In this document: piece by piece, positions 59,501 through 64,000 of the stretch | Numbering within the stretch: the first letter of the stretch is position 1 | Layout of the letters: each line of letters starts with the position of its first letter | Source of the DNA: Malacoraja senta | Lineage: Eukaryota | Direction of reading: 5' to 3' | DNA length: 64,000 nt | NCBI GenBank assembly: GCA_038087875.1 | Contig: JAXLNO010000079.1 | Span: 62,001 to 126,000 of the forward strand | Translations under genes and position numbers: made by a program | Notes under the pieces: model-generated | The model's database searches: none | What the model was told of the DNA's origin: nothing | What the model saw: the letters and a program-made list of their open reading frames with translations, nothing else

Positions 59501-61433
59501 CGCAAGGCTCGGTGCTGGGACCCCAGTTGCTTACAATATATATATTAACGATTTAGACAAGATAATTAAATGTAACATCTCTAAGTTTGCGGATAACATA
59601 AAGCTGGGTGACAGAGTGAGCTGTGAGGAGGATGCAATGTGGCTGCAGGGTGACTTGGATAGGTTGGGTGAGTGGGCAAATGCATGGCAGATGCAGTATA
59701 ATGTGGGTAAATGTGAGGTTCAACTTTGGTGGCAAGAACAGGAAAGCAGATTATTATCTGAATGGTGTCAGATTTGGAGAAGGGGAGATGCAACGAGACC
59801 TGGGTGTGCTTGTACAACAGTCACTGAAAGTAAACATGCAGGTTCAGTAGGCAGTGAAGAAAGCTAATGGCATGTTGGTCTTCATTGCGAGAAGATTTGA
59901 GTTTAGAAGCAAGGAGGTCCTACTGCAGCTGTACAGGGCCCTGGTGAGACCGCACCTGGAGTATTGTGTGCAATTTTGGTCTCCTAATTTGAGGAAGAAC
60001 ATTATTGCTATTGAGGGAGTGCAGTGTAGGTTCACCAGGTTAATTTCCGGGATGGCAGAACTGACGTATGATGAAAGAATGGGTCGACTGGGCTTGTATT
60101 CGTTGGAATTTAGAAGGATGAGAGGGGATCTTAAAGAAACATGTTAAATTCTTAGAGGATTGGACATGGTAGATGCAGGAAAAATGTTCCCGATGTTGGG
60201 GGAGTCCAGAACCAGCGATCACAGTTTAAGAATAAGGGGTAGACCATTTAGGGCTGAGATGAAGAAAAACTTTTTCACCTAGAGAGTTGTGAATCTGTGG
60301 AATTCTCTGCCACAAAAGGCAGTGGAGGCCAAATCACTGGATGTTTTCAAGAGAGAGTTAGATTTAGCTAAGAGAAACAAGGGATATGGGGGGAAAGCCC
60401 ATACTGATTTTGGGTGATCAGCCATGATCATATTGAATGGCAGTGTGGGCTCAAAGGGCCAAATGGCCTACTCCTGCACCTATTTTCTATATTTCTATAT
60501 AGCTGTAGCTGTTCTCCTTGGAAATGAAGATGTGCAGGAGGAAGTGATCATGGCGTCCCAAATCATAAAATCAGATAAAACTGGTTCCATTGATAGAGGG
60601 ATGAAGATGGGAGAAATAATTAAGGTGATTGACTGAGAAACAAGAAAAGCCAAGAATAAAATGTTTTTTTTTTAATAGGTAGCATGTATTTTGCACCTGG
60701 GAACCACTGCTTTATCAGAGAGGGTTATTTATAGCATTCAGAAAGGTGGATAAGTATCTGAAAGAAAATAAATCTACAGAGAAGAATAAGGTTAGCTGGA
60801 GCGCTCTCACAGACAGAGCTGTCACGGACACAATAGGCCATTCTATGAAAGACCAATCCAGTAATCTTCTCTGCTGTATCTATTCTGCAACAATTGTCTC
60901 ATCACATCAGGTCCCTCAATATCTCAGTGTGTTCAAGATGTGGTGTAAATGCCTTTAGTGAGTCATTCAATACTCACAGCCACACAGCCCACAGGCAACA
61001 GATATTACACAGCTACAATCAGATCTCAATTCTCCAGTGACATTTAAGAAAATATTCTAGAAAATAGGGATGGAAAAAAGAATTTTCCCAACAAGAATAA
61101 TAAAATCTGAAAATTGCAAAGTATAAGCTTTAATAGAATGGGCAAATAATTAAATCTCAGCAGTTTTTTGAAGTCTGAACAAGCGTACATATTGGACCAG
61201 ATTATTTGCATTCACACTGCAATATAAACATGGATATGGTGCAACATTACACTGTCATCAAGCAGCATAGCATCAAAAATAAGTGAACCTACAAAATGAA
61301 AATGAACAATTTCACACATACCCAGCGCAGTGCTTGCAGCAGAAGTGCCTTAAGTCTATCGTTTCCACAAACCAAATCATTCTTCAACTTTTCATAATCA
61401 AGAGATGCTAATAGAGGTACATCAATAGAATTC
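11504..61433 (-). CDS. ARMC9: ARMC9 (LisH/armadillo repeat-containing 9), 3' portion, 15 coding exons; 5' exons outside window
   Basis: Exons 61322-61433, 58305-58397, 50723-50813, 50452-50575, 49387-49526, 41156-41232, 39267-39341, 39078-39168, 37856-37908, 36473-36577, 35305-35420, 34176-34312, 19319-19424, 14859-15034, 11504-11526. All have AG/GT boundaries with matching phases (1519 nt = 1 + 506 codons incl. stop). Peptide matches recalled vertebrate ARMC9 ([68 protein letters not shown]). Confidence 0.95.
11975..13474 (+). mobile_element. Tc1 DNA transposon, defective transposase (12290-13261)
   Basis: TA-flanked TIRs ca(t/g)tgcattcag(a/t)aagtattca; [33 protein letters not shown]; frameshifts and deletions. 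Confidence 0.95.
14232..14520 (-). mobile_element. LINE 3' end, probably Rex1-like
   Basis: AATAAA plus (actt)n tail on minus strand; upstream reads KNSFYP-like. Confidence 0.5.
14859..15034 (-). CDS. ARMC9: ARMC9 penultimate coding exon ([19 protein letters not shown]...[25 protein letters not shown])
   Basis: ttctag|G acceptor, A|gtaagt donor; resembles the recalled ARMC9 C-terminal AF..P..P.TP and GPQQ.SRP motifs. Confidence 0.88.
15506..18575 (+). mobile_element. CR1 LINE, near-complete ORF2 with frameshifts and stops
   Basis: ORFs 15579-16292 (YFNARSI, GDFN), 16559-17731 (RT, YADD), 18086-18469; (tatatggt)n tail. Confidence 0.95.
19319..19424 (-). CDS. ARMC9: ARMC9 tail exon ([36 protein letters not shown])
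   Basis: ttcttctatag|GC acceptor, AG|gtaaga donor; open, phase 1 to 2 bridges the flanking exons; no recognisable homology. Confidence 0.7.
19803..20360 (+). mobile_element. tRNA-derived V-SINE (HE1-like), interrupted by a Penelope fragment at about 19957-20236
   Basis: B-box-like ggttcaatcc; V-domain-like tggagtttgca..ttcctcccacattccaaaga; CR1-like tail. Confidence 0.65.
20375..22860 (+). mobile_element. Cluster of CR1 RT and 3' fragments (one minus-strand piece at about 21057-21385)
   Basis: ORFs 20545-21210, 21667-21903 and 21923-22180 carry CR1 RT/C-terminal motifs. Confidence 0.8.
24202..25045 (+). mobile_element. L2 LINE 3' portion
   Basis: ORF 24258-24929 [36 protein letters not shown]; ttgactc repeated at 24195-24201 and 25046-25052. 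Confidence 0.92.
25104..25200 (-). mobile_element. Short Penelope-derived insert (hammerhead-like core)
   Basis: Reverse complement of the 5993-6087 unit. Confidence 0.8.
25962..26830 (-). mobile_element. CpG-rich non-coding retroposon with (tttgac)n tail and internal minisatellite
   Basis: AATAAA plus tandem tail on minus strand; shares aacatccaccacag block with 28070-28540 and 31290-32000. Confidence 0.6.
26434..26624. repeat. GC-rich minisatellite, about 5 x 37-39 bp
   Basis: Unit ctccgaagtcgggccgccgccgccggaacgccgccacag, head to tail. Confidence 0.85.
27655..28049. mobile_element. Tc1/mariner-pogo-type MITE
   Basis: TA|caggtccaccactgattttcc ... gaaaatcggtgttggacctg|TA; about 25-bp imperfect TIRs; non-coding. 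Confidence 0.8.
28070..28540 (-). mobile_element. CpG-rich retroposon, sister of 31290-32000
   Basis: Shared ttttattcgtcacattgcacataaagtgcaagtg 3' end; (gattgtt)n tail. Confidence 0.65.
28721..31189 (-). mobile_element. L1/Tx1-clade LINE, 5'-truncated, 16-bp TSD; same subfamily as 5361-7657
   Basis: [28 protein letters not shown] ttcagtgtggaatatt at 28705-28720 and 31190-31205. Confidence 0.93.
31290..32000 (-). mobile_element. CpG-rich retroposon with (tattg)n tail
   Basis: Homologous to 28070-28540. Confidence 0.65.
33320..33790 (-). mobile_element. Old Penelope terminal-repeat fragment with a younger plus-strand short copy nested at 33649-33746
   Basis: Nested ctgaagaagggtttcgacccgaaac unit flanked by duplicated aaaggaga. 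Confidence 0.7.
34176..34312 (-). CDS. ARMC9: ARMC9 low-complexity tail exon ([45 protein letters not shown])
   Basis: ttgcag|G acceptor, G|gtaagt donor; open frame, phase 2 to 1 fits neighbours; weak sequence conservation. Confidence 0.8.
34450..34846. mobile_element. Palindromic MITE-like element
   Basis: Outer IR aaattacctg.aatt / aatt.caggtaattt; inner 83-bp arms 34532-34614 and 34730-34812. Confidence 0.7.
35305..35420 (-). CDS. ARMC9: ARMC9 exon ([39 protein letters not shown])
   Basis: ttacag|ATA acceptor, CC|gtaagt donor; 116 nt. Confidence 0.93.
36111..36240 (+). mobile_element. possible non-autonomous Helitron 5' end
   Basis: tctatatctatataatactaaaag followed by a gtttgtctgtctgt tract; motif resemblance only. 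Confidence 0.35.
36473..36577 (-). CDS. ARMC9: ARMC9 exon ([35 protein letters not shown])
   Basis: Peptide conserved; acceptor reads aatgcgag|GAT (rare GAG), donor GGG|gtgggt; 105 nt. Confidence 0.9.
37856..37908 (-). CDS. ARMC9: ARMC9 acidic exon ([18 protein letters not shown]), NAGNAG acceptor
   Basis: tctag|CAG|AA tandem acceptor, GAA|gtagg donor; 53 or 50 nt. Confidence 0.9.
37937..38480 (+). mobile_element. CR1 3' fragment carrying a Penelope-derived insert (38097-38185, minus, 13-bp TSD)
   Basis: [26 protein letters not shown] aaaattcttaagg at 38084-38096 and 38186-38198. Confidence 0.88.
38643..38713 (-). mobile_element. Truncated Penelope-derived insert, 10-bp TSD
   Basis: TSD atatatttcc at 38633-38642 and 38714-38723. 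Confidence 0.75.
39078..39168 (-). CDS. ARMC9: ARMC9 exon ([30 protein letters not shown])
   Basis: ttatag|GGC acceptor, G|gttggt donor; 91 nt. Confidence 0.95.
39267..39341 (-). CDS. ARMC9: ARMC9 exon ([25 protein letters not shown])
   Basis: tttcag|ATA acceptor, ATG|gtaagt donor; 75 nt. Confidence 0.95.
39372..40372 (-). mobile_element. CR1 3' kilobase
   Basis: ORFs 39654-40214 and 40192-40413 (GSVLGP, FADD); ctatgttt tail. Confidence 0.92.
40829..41077. mobile_element. Inverted pair of Penelope terminal repeats, 10-bp TSD
   Basis: About 40866-40961 (minus) and 40978-41073 (plus) form a roughly 96-bp inverted repeat; TSD gataaacaca at 40819-40828 and 41078-41087. Confidence 0.85.
41156..41232 (-). 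CDS. ARMC9: ARMC9 exon ([26 protein letters not shown])
   Basis: tttcag|GA acceptor, GAG|gtaat donor; 77 nt. Confidence 0.95.
41553..41730 (+). mobile_element. CR1 3' tail
   Basis: ttcaagagagagttggatagagct..cctattttctatgtttctat. Confidence 0.8.
42330..43365 (-). mobile_element. CpG-rich retroposon with L2-like 3' end and (tta)n tail
   Basis: aggcgcccataaataaaa..(tta)n on minus strand; GC-rich body without RT homology. Confidence 0.55.
43720..44862 (-). mobile_element. Gypsy LTR retrotransposon fragment: integrase, polypurine tract and partial 3' LTR
   Basis: [47 protein letters not shown] motif; poly-G tract then TG at 43847. Confidence 0.9.
44865..46560 (-). mobile_element. Old CR1, with inverted Penelope-repeat insert at 45341-45509 (13-bp TSD)
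   Basis: [10 protein letters not shown] motif; TSD ctgtactcaatat at 45328-45340 and 45510-45522. Confidence 0.75.
46575..47810 (-). mobile_element. CR1 3' portion with a nested CR1 tail (about 47318-47476)
   Basis: ORFs 46735-46929, 47031-47408, 47633-47845. Confidence 0.88.
48133..49120 (+). mobile_element. CR1 3' portion spanning an assembly gap
   Basis: Same subfamily as 39372-40372, opposite orientation. Confidence 0.9.
48333..48532. other. Assembly gap (200 N)
   Basis: Run of N; 77 bp duplicated on both sides. Confidence 0.99.
49387..49526 (-). CDS. ARMC9: ARMC9 exon ([46 protein letters not shown])
   Basis: cttaag|A acceptor, G|gtatgg donor; 140 nt. Confidence 0.95.
50452..50575 (-). 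CDS. ARMC9: ARMC9 exon ([42 protein letters not shown])
   Basis: catcag|GC acceptor, AG|gtaatg donor; 124 nt. Confidence 0.95.
50723..50813 (-). CDS. ARMC9: ARMC9 exon ([30 protein letters not shown])
   Basis: ttgcag|AGA acceptor, G|gtacgt donor; 91 nt. Confidence 0.95.
51368..54237 (+). mobile_element. CR1 LINE inserted in the BEL 5' LTR; near-twin of 15506-18575
   Basis: ORFs 51335-52543, 52564-53313, 53186-53941; gtctt duplicated at 51363-51367 and 54238-54242. Confidence 0.95.
56808..56879 (+). tRNA. tRNA-Asp(GTC) gene or retrocopy, followed by genomic CCA (56880-56882)
   Basis: TCCTCGTTAGTATAGTGGTTAGTATCCCTGCCT-GTC-ACGCGGGAGACCGAGGTTCAATTCCCCGACGGGGAG; 72 nt, cloverleaf with one T-stem mismatch, A and B boxes present. 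Confidence 0.9.
57990..58270 (+). mobile_element. Old CR1 3' fragment
   Basis: gagagtggtgggtgcctggaa..aaagggcctgttcctgtg. Confidence 0.65.
58305..58397 (-). CDS. ARMC9: ARMC9 exon ([31 protein letters not shown])
   Basis: ttgtag|CGG acceptor, CAG|gttagc donor; 93 nt. Confidence 0.95.
59375..60500 (+). mobile_element. CR1 RT and 3' portion
   Basis: [10 protein letters not shown]; ORFs 59616-60147; CR1 tail. Confidence 0.9.
61322..61433 (-). CDS. ARMC9: ARMC9 exon ([37 protein letters not shown])
   Basis: tctttag|G acceptor, TGG|gtatgt donor; 112 nt, phase 2 to 0. Confidence 0.95.
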
Positions 61434-61861
61434 CTAAAGAGTTGAAATAATACAAATACAAATAATATTACCAGCAATGCATTTTCAGTCATGATCACAA
61501 TTCAGGGTACTGAATATAGACAGGGCAAGAAATAGTTATAGAAAATTTAACCAATTTATTTTGAGAAAATTGAATGTAAAATAATTAAATGTGAGTAAAT
61601 GGAAATGATCTTTCATTGGTAACTTGGAAGGATGATCTGGTAATAAGAAATATCTAAAATTATGAAGTAATCACATAAGCATTTTTTCTAAAGCCAATTT
61701 TTAGAAAGTACACCAGAAGTGATAATCTCGCTAAAGAATTTTAGCAGAAATATTAAATGTTTTGTATTTCTTAACTGAGAGTATACAATAAGAAATAATA
61801 CCATATATTTTCTGCATTTTCTGGCTGTGCACAAGTTTGAGTGAAATTGAGATTCAATATA

Positions 61862-63471
61862 CAGTGGCTTGCAAAAGTTTTCATACCCCTTGAACTTTTC
61901 CACATTTTGTCACGTTACAACCACAAACGTAAATGTATTTTATTGGGATTCTATGTGATAGACCAACACAAAGTGGTGCATAATTGTGAAGTGGAAGGAA
62001 AATGATACATGGTTTTCAAATTTTTTTACAAATAAAAAACTGAAAAGTGTCGCGTGCAAAAGTATTCAGCCCCCCCCCCCCCCCCGAGTCAATACTTTGT
62101 AGAACCACCTTTCGCTGCAATTACAGCTGCAAGTCTTTTGGGGTATGTCTCTACCAGCTTTGCACATCTAGAGACTGAAATTTTTGCCCATTCTTCTTTG
62201 CAAAATAGCTCAAGCTCAGTCAGATTGGATGGAGAGCATCTGTGAACAGCAATTTTCAAGTCTTGCCAGAGATTCTCAATTGGATTTAGGTCTGGACTTT
62301 GACTGGGCCATTCTAACACATGAATATGCTTTGATCTAAACCATTCCATTGTAGCTCTGGCTGTATGTTTAGGGTCGTTGTCCTGCTGGAAGGTGAACCT
62401 CCGCCCCAGTCTCAAGTCTTTTGCCGACTCTAACAGGTTTTCTTCCAAGATTGCCCTGTATTTGGCTCCATCCATCTTCCCATCAACTCTGACCAGCTTC
62501 CCTGTCCCTGCTGAAGAAAAGCATCCCCACAGCATGATGCTGCCACCACCATGTTTCACAGTGGGGATGGTGTGTTCAGGGTGATGTGCAGTGTTAGGTT
62601 TCTGCCACACATAGCGTTTTGCATTTAGGGCAAAACCTTCAATTTTGGTCTCATCTGAGCACCTTCCTCCACATGTTTGCTGTGTCCCCCACATGGCTTG
62701 TGGCAAACTGCAAACGGGACTTCTTATGGCTTTTTTTCATCAATGGCTTTCTTCTTGCCACTCTTCCGTAAAGGCCCGATTTGTGGAGTGCACGACTAAT
62801 AGTTGTCCTGTGGACAGATTCTCCCACTGATCTCTGCAGCTCCTCCAGTTACCATGGGCCTCTTGACTGCTTCTCTGATCAATGGTCTCCTTGCCCGGCC
62901 TGTCAGTTTAGGTGGACGGCCATGTCTTGGTAGGTTTGCAGTTGTGCCATACTCTTTCCATTTTCGGATGATGGATTGAACAGTGCTCCGTGAGATGTTC
63001 AAAGCTTGGGATATTTTTTTATAACCTTACCCTGCTTTAAACTTCTCCACAACTTTATCCCTGACCTGTCTGGTGTGTTCCTTGGGCTTCATGATGCTGC
63101 TTGTTCACTAATGTTCTTTAACAAACCTCTGAGGCCTTCATAGAACAGCTGTATTTATACTGAGATTAGATTACACACAAGTAGACTCTATTTACTAATT
63201 AGGTGACTTCTGAAGGCAATTGGTTGCACTGGATTTTATTTAGGGGTATCAGAGTAAAGGGGGCTGAATACTTTTGCACGCGACACTTTTCAGTTTTTTA
63301 TTTGTAAAAAAATTTGAAAACCATGTATCATTTTCCTTCCACTTCACAATTACGCACCACTTTGTGTTGGTCTATCACATAAAATCCCAATAAAATACAT
63401 TTACGTTTGTGGTTGTAACGTGACAAAATGTGGAAAAGTTCAAGGGGTATGAATACTTTTGCAAGCCACTG
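61862..63471 (-). mobile_element. Tc1 transposon with about 213-bp TIRs; transposase pseudogene 62089-63092
   Basis: TA|cagtggcttgcaaaag ... cttttgcaagccactg|TA; TIRs 61862-62074 and 63259-63471; [21 protein letters not shown]; early in-frame TAA and deletions. Confidence 0.96.
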
Positions 63472-64000
63472 TAAATGCTGGAAATGTCAACGCACACGCA
63501 TGAAAAGAAATTTGCTCTGCAATTAAAAATGAGCTTAGCTTGCAGTAGAGCTGGATCTCTCAGCACAGGAAATCTCTTCCTTCCTTCTCAGCTGGATTTT
63601 CATTCCAGAGTGCTTTATTCATGGCATAAACTGCCCAAATGACATCAACCAGAACACACAAAATTCATCTGCAATGAAATCAGCTGCTTCAGTGGTCTAC
63701 AAATAATTTCCCAGACTCCTGACATGTGGACATGCCAGAGCCTAAGAAAGTTAAGATAGTAATGTGCTTTCTTGAACACTGCAGCAGTGTGATGGGACCA
63801 CAACAGTTCAAGACTTCAACAGTTACTTCAATGATTAAAATTTACAAATGCTTCATACATTGTGAGATGCTTTCAGATGCCTATAGGTTATGGAAGACAC
63901 TATATAAATACAATAAAGATAAATAAATGTAATGCAGCTGCTAGTCACTTTAATTCACAATTCCTCTCCCATTATAACCTTTACATCTTTGGCGTCTAAT

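Overview
This is vertebrate nuclear DNA, most likely a cartilaginous fish (skate/ray; inferred from the repeat landscape). The minus strand carries the 3' part of ARMC9: 15 GT-AG-bounded exons between 61433 and 11504 that splice into one open frame of about 505 codons ending ...SSQSFRK*. The 5' exons lie beyond the window. Introns and flank are mostly transposon debris: many CR1 LINEs, two L1/Tx1 copies with target-site duplications (TSDs), L2, Rex1/Babar, both termini of a DIRS family, two Tc1 elements, MITEs, a Gypsy integrase fragment and an internally deleted BEL/Pao element. The most unusual signals are: (1) a complete CCA-ended tRNA-Asp inside the BEL/Pao element; (2) about a dozen short, often TSD-flanked Penelope-derived inserts with a hammerhead-ribozyme-like core, two of them as inverted pairs; (3) a DIRS internal complementary region that spells out the circle junction; (4) ARMC9 isoform signals. 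Everything was read by eye with no database searches; family names rest on recalled motifs and many repeat boundaries are approximate.
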